A stretch of 64,000 bases of DNA from Chiloscyllium plagiosum (taxonomy: Eukaryota). Location: contig NC_057719.1 in assembly GCF_004010195.1 (NCBI RefSeq), positions 90,549,756 to 90,613,755 of the forward strand. Direction: 5' to 3'. The notes under the pieces are model-generated. The model saw nothing but the letters and a program-made list of their open reading frames with translations, was not told where the DNA came from and ran no database searches. Every line of letters begins with the position of its first letter. Position 1 is the first letter of the stretch. The translations under genes and the position numbers were made by a program. Shown one piece after another: positions 39,400 through 53,500 of the stretch.

Positions 39400-39625
39400 T
39401 TGCAGCAAAACAACCACTGCAAAAACGACCACTGCAGCACCGTAACGATGGCAGCAACATAATCACTGCAGTACCATAACGATGGCAGCAACATAATCAC
39501 TGCAGCAACATAACAACCGAAGCAACAAAACCACTGCAGCAATGTAATGATTGCAACATAACCACTTCAGCAATGTAACAACCACAGTAATGTAACCACT
39601 GCAACAACAAAACTACCATAGTAAT
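39400..39625. repeat. Degenerate minisatellite (aaccactgcagcaac-like units)
   Basis: Repeated (a/c)ccactgcagca and aacgatggcagcaacataatcactgcag units; interrupts an old CR1 fragment. Confidence 0.75.
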
Positions 39626-39942
39626 ATTCAGTTTCATTTGGAGTATTGCACCTAATTCTGGGGACTGCACTTCAGGAAGGATGTGAAGATATCGTGAGAG
39701 AGTGCAAAGGAGACTGACCAGGGTTCGGTGACCTCATGCATGTGGAGAGACTGGGGTTGCTCACCTTACAGTGGAGAAGAGGTGGCTAGCACAACTTATT
39801 CTGAGCTGTTTGTGGTTTACATTTGGACATACACATTTAGAATAAACAAATTCATTTGTACCATATGTATGAAAGACAGAGCGTGTCCTTGTACGAATAG
39901 TAAAGAGGTTGACCTTAAAGTGTCAAATCCCAACACATTTTC

Positions 39943-40265
39943 AGATTAGATTAGATTAGATCAGATTAGATTACTTACAGTGTGGAAACAGGCCCTTCGG
40001 CCCAACAAGTCCACACCGACCCGCCGAAGCGTAACCCACCCATACCCCTACATTTACCCAACACTACGGGCAATTTAGCATGGCCAATTCACCTGACTTG
40101 CACATCTTTGGACTGTGGGAGGAAACCGGAGCCCCCGGAGGAAACCCACGCAGACACGGGGAGAACGTGCAAACTCCACACAGTCAGTCGCCTGAGTCGG
40201 GAATTGAACCCGGGTCTCTGGCGCTGCGAGGCAGCAGTGCTAACCACTGTGCCACCGTGCCGCCC
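39943..40265 (-). mobile_element. Young full-length HE1-type SINE
   Basis: Complete head (gggcggcacggtggc), CpGs largely intact, (aatct)n tail. Confidence 0.92.
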
Positions 40266-41447
40266 AAAGTTTTAAACCTGTATGCCTGCTGTAAGAACCT
40301 AGTTACAGAGAAAAAGGGGAAGAAAAGTTGTAGGCAGCTGTACGACTGATCCAGTCTATTTAACGCATATAGGGATGAAAAAGAAAGAAGTTATGTGTTA
40401 ATAAGCTGCAGAAAACTTTGAAACGTAAACAGGAAGCAATTTCCTCTGCTCTTCGCACACGGCCCGTCATTCCTCAAATGGAAAGTAGCCTCAGGACATT
40501 ACATTCCTGAAGTGGAGTGAATTAAAGTAACCCATGCTCAAGTTATACAACTGTTATAAATCTTCTCCTTGATTGGGCAGATTATAGTTACTGTCACTTT
40601 TCAGAGTCACTCTTCATATCGTCTTTCAAGCACTTCCAAATCTCTGTCACACCATATATTTATAAGCTGAGAAATCAATGTTCAGTCAAGGAGTTCACAT
40701 TTACAGTCTGAAAAACATTATTGTATCTGCTAGATACAACCACTGCAGGTCAAGCCTGTAATGTACTGTCAATAACACAAATATTTGACATAATAAATAA
40801 TGGAATAAAATGAACAAATAATTCATGGAATAAAGTTAACAAACAACTCCAAGTAGGATTTGAGTCAGAGAGTCATAGAACTATAGCACGGAAACAGACC
40901 CTTCAGTCCAACTCATCTATGCCGACCAGATATCCTAAATTAATCTAGTCCCAATTGCCAACACAAAACCATTCCTATTCATGTGCCCATCCAGATGTGT
41001 TTTAAATGTTGTAATTATATCAACTTCCACAACTTCCTCTGGCAGCTCATTCGATACACACACCAATCAAAGAACATGGAAACAGATCTTTCAGTCCAGC
41101 TTATCCATGCTGGTCAGGCTTCCCAAACTAAACTTGGCCCATATCCTTTGAAACCTTTCCTATTCATGTACCTGTCCAAATGTCTTTCAAATGTTCTAAT
41201 TGTACCTGCATGAACCACTTTACTTCAGAAATAAAATTCACCTAGTTACCTCCCAGTACCTCAATCATAACATTCAGGAAGTTCAATGGGTTTATATTCA
41301 ATTCAAAATTTTTAAGCCATAAGATATCTCTGACACTCCTGTTAAGGGCACTACTGAGGGGAACCATCTTTTCAGAGATGCCATCATTACACAGAGGTCA
41401 CTTCTGCACTTTCAGGATTTTAAACAAATCCCTGACATTGGTAAGTG

Positions 41448-41583
41448 AAGGAGAAAGTGAGGACTGCAGATGCTGGAGATCAGAGCTGAAAATATGTTGC
41501 TGGAAAAGCGCAGGTCAGGCAGCATCCAAGGAACAGGAGAATCGACATTTCGGGCATGAGCCCTTCTTCAGGAAGGGCTGAAG
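41448..41583 (-). mobile_element. Penelope-type repeat, family A, with tail and hammerhead core
   Basis: Minus strand CTGAAGA-A-GGGC-TCAT-GCCC-GAAA-TGTC-GATTC. 9-bp TSD tggtaagtg (41439-41447 / 41584-41592). Confidence 0.8.
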
Positions 41584-41784
41584 TGGTAAGTGGTGACCAG
41601 GATTCTCTCTAGCATTCTTGGCAGTCAGTTAGGCCACGCAGAAACTGAAACCAACCTATAACCATGAGGATATGACATTTTTAATAGCATTGTCGTAGAT
41701 CTTGGGACCACATACTCATTGACTGTCATCTCTACATATCACCAAAGCACAAAATAGTAATACCAGGCCAATATTTATCCTATA

Positions 41785-43985
41785 TGCTCAGGGCTCAGTT
41801 AGGGGGCTTGAAAATTATAAGGTAGCCAGAAAAGATCTAAGAAGAGCCAGGAAGGGACATGAGATGTTGTTGGCGGATAGGATCAAGGAAAACCCTAAGG
41901 TTCTATAGGTATATCAGGAATAAAAGAATGACTCGAGTAAGATTAGGGCCAATCAAAGATAATAGTGGAAACTTGTGTGTGGAATCTGAGGATATAGGGG
42001 AAGCACTTAATGAATTCTTTTCGATAGTATTCACATTGGAAAAGGGAAATGTTAGTGAGAACATGAGATATAGGCTACTAGATTAGATGGGAGTGCGGTT
42101 GACAATGAGGAGGTTTTAGCAATTTTGGAAGATCTGAAAGTAGATAAGACCCTTGGCCAGATGGGATTTATCCTCGGATTCCCTGGGAAGCCAGGGAGGA
42201 GATTGCAGAGCCTTTGGCTTTGATCTTTATGTCATCATTATCGACAGAAGTAGTGCCAGAAGACTGGAGAATAGCAAATGTTGTTCCCTTATTTAAGAAG
42301 GGAGTCCAGACAACCCTAGGACAGTGAGCCTTACTTTGATTGTGAGTATGTTGTTGGAAAAGGTTACAAGAGATAGGATTGTAATCGTCTTGAAAGGAAT
42401 GATTTGATTAGAGATAGTCAGCAAGGTTTTGTGAAGGACATTGAGTTCGTATTGAGTTCTTTGAGAAGGTAACAAAAAAAGTGGATGAAGGTAAAGCGGT
42501 TGGTGTGGTGTATAAGGATTTCAGTAAGGCTTTTGATAAGGTTTCCCACGGTAGGCTATTTCACAAAATACGGAGTTTCGGGATTGAAGGTGATTTAGTG
42601 GTTTGGATCAGACATTGGCTCACTGAAAGAAGACAGAGGGTGGTGATTAATGGGGAATGTTCATCCTGGAGTTCAGTTACTAGTGGTGTACCGCAAGGAT
42701 CTGTTTTGGGGCCACTGCTGTTTGTCATTTTTATAAATGATCTGGATGTGGGCATAGAAGATCGGGTTGTAAATTTGCGGATGACACTAAGGTAGGCAGA
42801 GTTGTGCAGAGTGCTGAAGGATGTTGTGGGTTACAGAGGGACGTAGATAAGATGCAGAGCTGGGCTGAGAAGTGGCAAATAGAGTTTAATGCAGAAAAGT
42901 GTGAGGTAGTTCACTTCGGAAGAAATAACAGGAATGCAGAGTATTTGGTTAATGGTAAAATTCTTGGCAGTGTAGATGACCAGAGAGATCTCAGTGTCCA
43001 GGTACATAAATCCCTGTAAGTTGCCACCCAGTTTGATAGGGTTGTTAAGAAAGCATATCGTGTGTTAGCGTTCATTGGTAGGGGGATTGAGTTTCAGAGC
43101 CACAAGGTCATGCTTCAGCTGTATGAGACACTGGTAAGGCCGCTCCTGGGGTATTGAGTAAAGTTCTGGTCACTGCATTATAGGAAGGATGTGGAAACAT
43201 TGGAAAGGGTTCAGAGTAGATTTACTTGGATGTTGTCTGTTATGGATGGAAGGTCTTACGAGGAAAGGCTGAGGGAACTGAGGCTGTTTTCGTTGGAGAG
43301 AAGAAAGTTGAGAGGTGACTTAATCGAGATGTACAAGATAATGTACAAGAGGGTTAGATAGGGTGGACAGTGAGAGCCTTTTTCCTCAGATGGTGAAGGC
43401 TAACAAAAGGGGACATAGCTTTAAATTGAGGGGTGGTAGGTTTAGGACAGATGTCGGGGTAATTTCTTCACTCAGAGAGTAGTAGGGGGCGAGGAACAGC
43501 CTTTCTGCAACAGTGGGCGGCACAGTGGCACAGTGGTTAGCACTGCTGCCTCACAGCGCCAGAGACCCGGGTTCAATTCCCGCTTCAGGCGACTGACTGT
43601 GTGGAGTTTGCACGTTCTCCCCGTGTCTGTGTGGGTTTCCTCCGGGTGCACCGGTTTCCTCCCACAGTCCAAAGATGTGCAGGTCAGGTGAATTGGCCAT
43701 GCTAAATTGCCCGTAGTGTTAGGTGAGGGGTAAATGTAGGGGTATGGGTGGGTTGCGCTTCGGCGGGGTGGTGTGGACTTGTTGGGCCGAAGGGCCTGTT
43801 TCCACACTGTAAGTAATCTAATCTAATCTAATCTAATGGAGTAGTAGACTCGCCAATGTTAAGGGCATTTAAATGGGCATTGAACATACAGATGGATAAT
43901 AGTGTAAGTTAGATTAATTTCACAGGTCAGCACAGCATCGAGGGCTGAAGGGCCTGTACTGTGCTGTAATGTTCTATGTTTTATG
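41785..43985 (+). mobile_element. CR1 LINE ORF2 + 3' UTR, interrupted by an HE1 SINE
   Basis: [23 protein letters not shown] and WAEKWQIEFN motifs; 3' tail (ttctatg)n. It appears to split an older SINE (about 41340-41780 and 43990-44160). Confidence 0.9.
43515..43836 (+). mobile_element. Young full-length HE1-type SINE
   Basis: tRNA-like head and (aatct)n tail; closely similar to the 39943 copy. Confidence 0.92.
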
Positions 43986-44508
43986 TAATTGACTGATATT
44001 TATCTCATTGAACAGCATCCCTTGCTCCTCATAGGGGAGACTTGTTGTGTTTCCTGCAATACAACATTAAAGCAACTTAAATGCACTTCATTCTCTCTGC
44101 AGTGCTTTGGGATATCCTGAGGTTGTAAAAGGCTTCACATAAAATGAAGGTCTTTCATTCTTGTCTGTTGAAAACAATGCCTCCCAAACCTTTTTCCACT
44201 TTCACCCATACTCAGGTTTGAAAGTTGTTGTGACCCCCCACCCCCGGCTCAGTGAGAGCAGGCTTGGCAGGACGAGTGACAGCAGGCTGCACAACTTTAT
44301 TGGAACTCCATAGCAGCCACTTCTGTCTCTGAGCTTGTGACCCCACTTGAAGAACTGTCTCCCATTTGGAAATCCTCAGTCTAAAATAATACAAGCTTAG
44401 TTTATACAAGTATTTACTGAAAAGGTCACACTTTTGTATTATACTTGGTTTACAAAACCTCTACTAATCTAAAAAAGTATTCTATTAAACTGTCACACTA
44501 TATTAGTA

Positions 44509-44667
44509 CAGAGGAACTTCGATTATCCGAAGGACACAGGCGGGGAGTATTTTGTTTGGTTAAATGAATGCTGGATAATACTGTTTAGACAAGCATCGGG
44601 ACCTTGCAACTTGTTCAGATCATCAGAAATTCAGACGATCAAATGCCAGATAATCAAGGTTCCTCTG
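44509..44667. mobile_element. Short Tigger-like MITE, same TIR family as 31269-32049
   Basis: TIRs cagaggaacttcgattatc / gataatcaaggttcctctg with TA TSD. Confidence 0.85.
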
Positions 44668-44789
44668 TATGTAACATACACACTCATACTTATCACAGAT
44701 AATTCAAACTGGTAACCTGCAATTGATCGTTCTCCCTGTGTCTTTGTGGGTTTCAATCGGATGCTCTGGTCTTCTCCCTTGGGCCAAAG

Positions 44790-47710
44790 ATGTTCTAAAT
44801 TGGGGCAAGGTCAGTTTTGATGGAATTAGGCAGGAGCTTGCAAGGATTGTAAGGAGTAGTTTGTTTGCAGGCAAAGGGACCTCTGGCTTTTCAAAGTCTG
44901 AAAGCTAGTTTAAAATGGGTTAAGTGCGAGGTGTTGCATTATGCAGTCAAATCAAGGTAGGAGTTTCATAGTAAATGATAGGGCCTTAAGGAGTGTAGTG
45001 GAACACAGGAACTTTAAGTTAAGGTGCACGGTTCTCTGAAAGTGGAGTCATAGGTAGACAGGGCAGTGAAGAAGGCTTTTGGCTCACTGGCCTTCATCAG
45101 TCAGGGCACTAACTATAGAAGTTGGGAAGTTATATTGCAGTTGTACGTTGATGAGGCCGCACTTGAAGTACTGTGTTCAGATTTTTGGTCATCTTGCTTT
45201 TGGAAGGATGTTATTGAATTGGAAAGAGTGCAGAAAAAATTTAGAACATAGAGCACAGAAAATAGAAAAGTACAGCACAGAACTGGCCCACAACATTATG
45301 CTGAGGAGTATTCCTAATCTAAAATAAAATAACCTCACCTATGCACCCCTCAATTCACTGCTGTCCATGTGCATGTCCAGCAGTTGCCCTAATGACTGCT
45401 TCCATCACCACTGCTGGCAATGCATTCCATGCATTCACAACCCTCTGTCTAAACCACCTACCTCTGCGTCTCCTCTATACCTTCCTCCAAACACCTTAAA
45501 ACTATGACCCCTCGTGCCAGTCAATCCTGTCCTGGGGGAAGGTCTCTGGCTATCGACTCTATCCATGCCTCGCATTACCTTGTATACCTCGATCAGGTCA
45601 CCTCTCTTCCTCCTTCTCTCCAGAGAGAAAAGTCAGAGCTCAGTTAACCTTTCTTCATAAGTCAAGCCTTCCAATCCAAGCAGCATCCTGGTAAACCTTC
45701 CTTGCACCCACTCCAAAGTCTCCGTATCTTTCCTATAATAGGGCGACCAGAACTGGACACAATATTCCAAGTGTGGCCTCACCAGGGTTTTGTAGAGCTG
45801 CAGCAAAACCTCGTGGCTCTTAAACTTGATCCCACTGTTAATGAAAGCCAAAACACCATATGCTTTCTTAACAACCCTATCCACTTGGCGAGATCTATGC
45901 ACTTGAACACCAAGATCCCACTGTTTGTCCACATTGCCAAGAATCACATCTTTAATCCTATATTCAGCATTCAAGTTTGATCTTCCAATATGCATCACTT
46001 TGCATTTACGCAGATTGAACTCCATCTGCCATTTCTCAGCCCAACTCTGCATCCTGTCTATGTTGCACTGCAGCCTGCAATACTATCAACGGTACCTCCA
46101 ACCTTTGAGTCATTGGCAAATTTACTAACACACCCCTCAACCTTCTCATCCAAGTCATTTATAAAAACTACAAAGAGCAGAGGCCCAAGAACAGAGCCCT
46201 GCGGGACACCACTCAACATTGACCTCCAGACAGAATACATTCCATCTACAACCACTCTCTGCCTTCTGTCAGCCAACCAAATCTGAATTCAGATAGCCAA
46301 ATCTCCCTGTATCCCATACCTCCTGACTTTATGAATGAGCCTACCATGGGGAACTTTATCAAATGCCTCGCTGAAGTCCATATACACCACATCCCCTGCT
46401 CGACCTTTGTCAACATGTCTCATCACCTCCTCAAAGAACTCAATAAAATTTCTGAGGCATGACCTGTCCCTCACAAAGCCATGCTGACTGCCTTTAAGCA
46501 CGCTATGCTGTTCCAAATAGTCATAAATCCTATCCTCCAGAATCCTTTCCAAAACCTTGCTGACCACAGACGTAAGACTGAGTGGTCTGTAATTGCCAAG
46601 GATTTCCCTATTCCCCTTTTTGAAAAGAGGAACAACATTTGCCTCCCTTCAATCCTCCGATACTACTCCCATGGACAGTGAGGAAGGAAAGATCATCCCC
46701 AGCAGCTTAGCAACCTCCTTTCTTGCTTCCCGGAGCAACCTAGGATAAATCTGGTCTGGCCTTGGGGACTTATCAATCTTAATGTTTGTTAAAATTTCCA
46801 GCACATCAACTTAATCAATCTTGATCTTTTCAAGCCTGTTTCCCAGCTCCTCAAAGTTCTCATTCACAACAAGGTCCTTTTCCTTAGTGAAAATGGAACC
46901 AAAAAATTCATTTAGGGCTTCCCCTATCTGCGCAGACTCCACGCACAAGTTCCCTATGCTATCCCTGACTGGCCCTACCTCCTCCCTGATCATTCTCTTA
47001 TTCCTTACATATGAGGCATAAGTTTAGGGTGAGAGGGGAAAGATATAAAATAGGCAACGTTTTCACACAGAGGGTGGTATGTGTATGGAGTGAGCTGCCA
47101 GAGGAAGTGGTGGAGGCCAGTACAATTGCAACATTTAAGAGGCATTTGGATGGGTATATGAATAGGAAGGGTTTGGAGGGATATGGGCCGGGTGCTGGCA
47201 GGTGGGACTAGATTGGGCTGGGATATCTGGTCGGCATGGACGGGTTGGACTGAAGGGTTTGTTTCCATGCTGTACATCTCTATGACTCTGTGAGTAAAAT
47301 ACTATTGGGTTCTCCCTAATCCTTTCCACCAAGACTTTTTGTGCCCCTTCCTGGTTCTCCTCAGTCCATTTCTGAGCTCCTTTCCAGCAAGCCTATAATC
47401 CTCCAAAGCTGTGCTAGACCCTTGCTTCCTCCACCTTACGTAAGCTGCCTTCTTCCTTTTGACGAGAAGCTCCTCTGTTCTCATCATCCCAGGCTTCTTA
47501 AAATTGCCCCTTTTTAACCTGACTCAGAGGAACAAATTTGTGCAACACTCGCAACAACTGCTCCTTAAATAGTCTCCACATGTCTGCTGTCCCCTTTCTG
47601 TGAAACAATTGCTCCCAGTCTGTACTTCTCAACTTCTGTCTGATAGCGTCATAAGTTCCTTTTCTCCAATTAAGTATCTTCCCTTGGTAACTGCTCCTTT
47701 CCCTCTCCAT
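44790..47710 (-). mobile_element. CR1 cluster: plus fragments 44790-45240, long minus copy 45240-47710, plus-strand 3' insert 47011-47290
   Basis: [18 protein letters not shown] and HLEYCVQFWSP motifs. The cluster splits an old HE1-like SINE (44722-44790 and 47710-47845). Confidence 0.85.
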
Positions 47711-48228
47711 GTGCATGTTAGGTGGATTATCAATTGTAAAAATGGGTTACAGAGATAAGGAAGGAGTGTGGGTCTTGGAGGGTTGGTGCAGACACGATGT
47801 GTCTAATGGCCTCTATCTGTACCTTGAGGTTTCTGTGATTCTATAACTTGCATAGTTAGATCTGCAATGTCCTCGACAAGTCACCAATTAAACTTAAATT
47901 GACATCACCCTGTACTTACTTAACAATGAGTTTCAGAGACACATTATGGACCAACAGACCTGAATAGGTTGATTAAAATATCCATAAAATCTTCAAAAAT
48001 CAATCATCCAACTTAATACCACGGGGATCAACTAATCATGTATTAAAAATGTACATCTATCACAATTACAAATTCTAAAATAATGCCCAATGATTCTCAA
48101 AAGAAAATTCCAAACCGCTAAATTCCCCTGAACAAACAGTAATTAAACTTGAAATTACCTGCCCGCTGTTTATTTCACAATTAGTAGCAGAATAATACAT
48201 TTTATGTTGCATTATGGTAGACATTAGT

Positions 48229-48360
48229 GAAATAACTTCACAGAGGCCAGTATTCCGTTACTAAGTCTTCTTTTGTTTACACATGCATAGTACCTGCCAC
48301 GAGTCCAGCTTCCTCAGAGCCAGCTCTCAAAGTTAGCAGAACCTCTGACATTCCTGTTTA
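48229..48360 (-). mobile_element. Partial LTR of the Gypsy family found at 50530-55310
   Basis: tgaaataacttcacagagg...cttcctcagagccagctctc...aacctctgaca is shared with 55083-55205. Confidence 0.8.
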
Positions 48361-49985
48361 TTTTGTATTTGTTTTTTTTTCATTTTTTCTATTACCCCCA
48401 CACTACCGCCTAACTGGTGTAGTGCTTATTGTTGTGTGTGCGCAGGTGTGAGACACAGTGAGAGACACAAGGTGCACGAATCTTTATTCAGTTTCCACCA
48501 CCAGGAAGCAAAGAAACACCCGAGTGGCCAGTGACAAGCAGTGTCCTTCACATCAAAGGGCAATGCTGTGTGATCAAACAGTGAAGGGGAGGGCAGGGGT
48601 TAAATCAAAATAGAGTTGGAGGGGGAAATAATACACTCCACTCCCTGCGGCGCCCAACTCTCCCTGAACAACTCCAGGGTGTTGGTGGACACCACGTGCT
48701 CCTTCTCCAAAGACATCCGGGCTCTAACGTAACCTTGGAAGAGGGGCAGGCAGTCGGCCCTAACGACCCCCTCCACGGCCCGCTGCCAGGACCTATTTAT
48801 GGTCAGTTTGGCCAGGCCCAGGAGCAGACCCACGAGGAGGTCTTCAGACCTGCCTTCCCCCTTCCACACCAGGTGCCCGAAGATCAGGAGCGTGGGACTG
48901 AAGTGCAATCAAAAGCAGAGAAGGAGGTTTTTAAGAAAATCAAGAGAGTGCAAACGCCCACACCCAATATGTACATGGTCCACGGACTCCACAGTGTCAC
49001 AGAACAAGCAGCTGGGCTGGAAATCCGTGAACCACTGCAATTGGTTGCGGTTGCAGGGGACCACTGCATGCAGCACCCTCCAGCCCAGATCCCCCGAGAG
49101 AAAGGGGGAGGATCTCCACTGCCCAGTGGCAAATGGGCACGCCAAGGCATGTCCGGGTGGTGGATGAGGGAGAAGAGGTAGATGGTGTGCAGCAGCAGTC
49201 GATATGGGGCCCGCTTTTTTACGTCCTTAAAAGGGACAAAACTAAAATTCCGGAGGCGGCTCAGGTTGTGGGGCACAGGTTCCCGGGGGAATTACGGGAC
49301 CTTGGGGCCAATGTGAAATTCCATCCGGGCGAGGGTGAGCACGGACAGGATTCCACCGCACACCTGAACATCCTCCAACTGGTGCACTACGTCGGGTCCG
49401 AGCACCGCCGTTTTAAGGCATCGGATGGCGGTGGCCACGTACCGGACGTCTACCACTGCCCTGCCTGCTATGTCCTGCAGCAGCGTCCAGCCCAGGCCCC
49501 CGCCACCCAGCACGTCCCGGACCCTGGTCGCCCTCACCATCATAGCCCTCCCCTCCGACAGCCACTCGAACCCGCGAGTATGGAGGTGCGGATTCCTGAG
49601 CAACGGCTCCCTGATGACAGCCGCTACTCCAGCCGGAGGGTAGGCGCGACGCGATTCGAACATATTCAGACAGTGATCAGGTCCTGGTAAAAGACAGGCA
49701 GCGTCCTGAGGGCGACCTCCAAACCGTCATGGTCAACAAACAGGAGCGGCATGTTGTAGTTGAGGTTATGCACCTGGCACCTAGGAGGAGGCCTAATGTA
49801 AGGGTATCGCTTCAAGGTCTGAAGGCGGAACGTCTCGACCTGGGTGCGGATGCACACCAGCGACTGACCGCCCTCCTCAATAGGGAGACTCAGAACCTGC
49901 GCAGCGACCCAGTGCATCTTCTTGTCCCAGAAGAAGTCGACCAACGTTCTCTGGATGTCAGCGACAAAACCAGGAGGAGGGACCA
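48361..49985 (-). mobile_element. Tx1-type non-LTR retrotransposon, 3' part
   Basis: GC-rich ORF2 C-terminus: IQRTLVDFFWD...HWV...LSLPIEEGGQSLVC and DLGWRVLH...CLFCDTVESVDHVHIGCGRL (zinc knuckle). A-rich tail at about 48361-48390. Confidence 0.85.
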
Positions 49986-50529
49986 AAGGATCAGCTGGGT
50001 CATTCCGGTTTATTTTTCTTTTTTAGGGATGGACGGTAAATACTGGCTTGGCCCGTGATGTCCACATCCTTTGAAATGAATAAAATGTGATGTTGTAAGC
50101 AATGAAATCAAAGTGATGGAGCCAAATTCCAAGGTTTTCATGAGTGATAGAAGGCAGAATTCTATTGCTAACTGTGAAAAAAAAATAAAATGCAACATCA
50201 AACGCACAGTTTTGTCGAAGAATTTAAATCTTCAGTTCTCAGTGAATAGTTGCCAAGTTGCTTTTTCATGAGACACTGACTCAGATGGTCGGGGAGACAG
50301 GGAGAGGTTAACAGTAACCTTGCTGTTCGCAGTCCCTGATACTTTCCGTCTCTGTTTACTCAAAGCAGCTGCTGATATTGGTTCATTCGTGTATTCCTGA
50401 GTCTGCTCCATTGTCCTTCCAGAGTGAATACCCTAGAGGCAGCCTTCCGTCTCCCTATTGGTGATTCTATCAGTCATTTGTACGGTCAATTTTGGATTTG
50501 CTAGATGCTGAGTAGTTGGCCACTTTCAG

Positions 50530-53500
50530 TCTTTAGAGCCTGGTGACCAGTATTCTGTTACCAAGTCACCCTTCATTTTACACTTAACACTGATCCAGCG
50601 CCCTCAGAGCCAGCTCTCAGAACATTCCTGTTTATATCTGTCAGCCAGAGCTCCCTGATTGGACTAGATTAATAGCCCAATCAGGGAACTCATATTCTCT
50701 GAGGTCCAGCTGGCTAACTTCATTACAATCACTACATCCCTCCCCTTCTAAGTCTGTAGCCTCTCCTGGAGTGTTTTCGCACTGGGTCCGGTTCCTCCAA
50801 CACAGCCCCAGAGACAGGTGGTATGTACCAGACCATAATCCATCTCTTGTACCTGGAGCGAGTTGGAAGAAATTCTTCCCCTTCTTCAGGCGGTAAAGGT
50901 GTCAAGGCTGTGACATCTACCACGTCCACCTAGACTCCAATGTTTCTTCAATGCCAGATGGAGAAGGACAATCAATGAGTTCCAAAAACCTTTCCAGCTG
51001 TTCTGAGGGACTGGATATGTTTTGCTCCTCCCTGTTTGTGAGTTGCAGCTTTCGTGCTTGTTCAGGACCGCCTCAACTATCTGAACTTTGTATGCCATGG
51101 GACCTGACCTCATGTCAACCATACCTCTATCCCATGCAAGGCCATTTCCATGGTTTTGAGGCAAAACTTTGTCCCCTGAATTAAACTGCCTTTCTCACTT
51201 AGAATAGTGTTATGTCCGACATTTGTATTCCTGATACCATTTCACCCTGACCCCCTTGTTCAGGAAAATCAGATTTAATCTCGTGCAAAGTCTATTCAAC
51301 ATGAGCAACTCTGCTGGTGCTATCTCTGTAGTTGCATGAGGGGTGGCCCAATAATCAAATGGGAACCAAAGTAGTTTGGTGTCCAGTGAAGCTGTAGGCT
51401 GATTCTTTAAGCCGATCTTCAAAGTCTGGATCGCTTTTTCCACCAGACGAAGATGATGGATGGTATGGAGCTGTTCTTATATACTGAATGCCATTTGATT
51501 AGATTCCCTACAGTATGGAAACAGGACCTTCAGCCCAACAAGTCCACACCGACCCTCCGAACAGTAACCCACCCAGACCATTCCCCTATCCTATATTCAT
51601 CCCTGAAAAATGCACCCAACACTACGGGCAATCTAGCATGGCTAATTCACCTGACGTGCACATCTTTGGATTGTTGAGGAAACCGGAGCACCTGGAGGAA
51701 ACCCACGCAGACACGGAGAGAATGTGCAAACTCCACACAGACAGTCGCCCGGAGCGGGAATCGAACCCAGGTCCCTGGCGCTGTGAGGCAGCAGTGCTAA
51801 CCACTGAGCCACTGCGTCACCCATCAATTGACTATAGGAAATAATCAAATTCCCAAAAGTAAGTGATGGCCCATTGTCTGTGACCAACATTTCCCGGAGC
51901 CCATATGTTGCAAAAGATGCTCACAGCTTTTTTAATCATCCCAGCATTTGAAGAAGAAACTTTATGCACATCCAACCACTTAGAATGGGTATCCACAATG
52001 ACCAGGAACGTTGAGTCCATGAAAGGGCCAACATAATCGAAATGTAACTGAATGAAGGGTTTACCTGGCCACTTCCACAAATATGAGGAAACTGTTGGCA
52101 GTAATGTTTATCCTTATTGGCACTCTGGGCACTGCCCCACCAAAGGGGCTATGTCTACATCCAATCCTGGTCGCCAGACATTACTTCTCGCAAGCATCTT
52201 CATTTTGGAAATCCCTGCATGCTCTGCTCGAATTCAGCCAGCATCTGGCGGAGATCTTTTCTTGGAACAATCACTTTTGCTCCCCTTAATACAATGCCAA
52301 AAAGTTTCAATTCTGGTCGTGATGATCCTTTTGTTTCATCCATCACCAGCTCTTTTAGTTTTGCTTGGACCAGATCTTTTTACGTCCACAGTCTGACTGG
52401 AAGGATGTCCAGAAAGTTTAAAACCTTAACCGACTCTTTCAGTGGCATCATTCCTGGTGGTGAATCTGCATGGTGGCTCAACACATCTGCATTTGCTGCT
52501 TGACCTCCTGGTATTCCAACAGAAAACTGTACACACTTAGAAATGACAGCCCACTGCTGAATTCAACCTGAAGCTAAGGGAGGGCACGGCCTTGCTGTCT
52601 TTGAGTAGTCCCAGCAGAGGTTTGTGGTCTGTTACTATTACAAATTTATGTCCGTAAAGGTATTGGTGGAACCTTCTCACACCAAAGATAACTGGCAACC
52701 TTTCCGACTCTATCTGGATATATTTGCACTCTGCATCAGCCAAAGGCCAAGAAGTGTACATTATTGGGAATTCCTCTCCATTGGACCGTCTGTGAGCCAA
52801 CACTATCCTGATACTGTACAGAGAGACATGACATGTCAACATCAGAACTCGTTTGGGATCATATTGTGCCAACGCCTTAGATGGTGATTGCTGCTTCTTC
52901 ACTTCCCTAAAGGCTACGTCTTGGCTACGAGACCATTTCAAAGGCTGACCCTTTTTCAATAGCAGATGTAAGGAGACCAGGTTATGTACAAACTTTCCAT
53001 AATAATTAACAAGCCAAGGAAAGATTTAAGCTCCAGTTCAGATGTGTCAGCAGGGGGGGACCTTTAATCACCCTCATTTTATCTTCCAATCAGTGTTGCC
53101 TGATCTTGTCAATTCTTTAGACCAAGTAGGTCTCTTGAGGTGGCTGGAACACACATTTTTCACCTTGTAAGATAATGCCCACTTTAGAGAAATGTTTAAA
53201 CACTATGTCCAAGTTTTCTAAATGTTCTTTACTGGTTTTCCCTGTTGCTCATATACCATTTGGATAAAAAGTGATCTGGGCTAGACCTTATAAAATGTTC
53301 TCCATTGTCCGCTTAAAAAAAAGGCACCGGCTAATGAAGCTCCAGATGACAGTCTCCTATATGGCACAAATCTTATGGGGTAATAATTGTAGTATACGTA
53401 TAGGAATCCTTATCTAAATGCAATTACAAATACACATGGCTCATGTCCAGCTTTGTGAGGACAGCTCCCCTGCCAAATTTGTGTATAGGTCCTTTATGCG

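Noticed and set aside
39400..39625. CRISPR-like array
   Set aside because: No unique spacers between units, no cas genes, and a vertebrate context.
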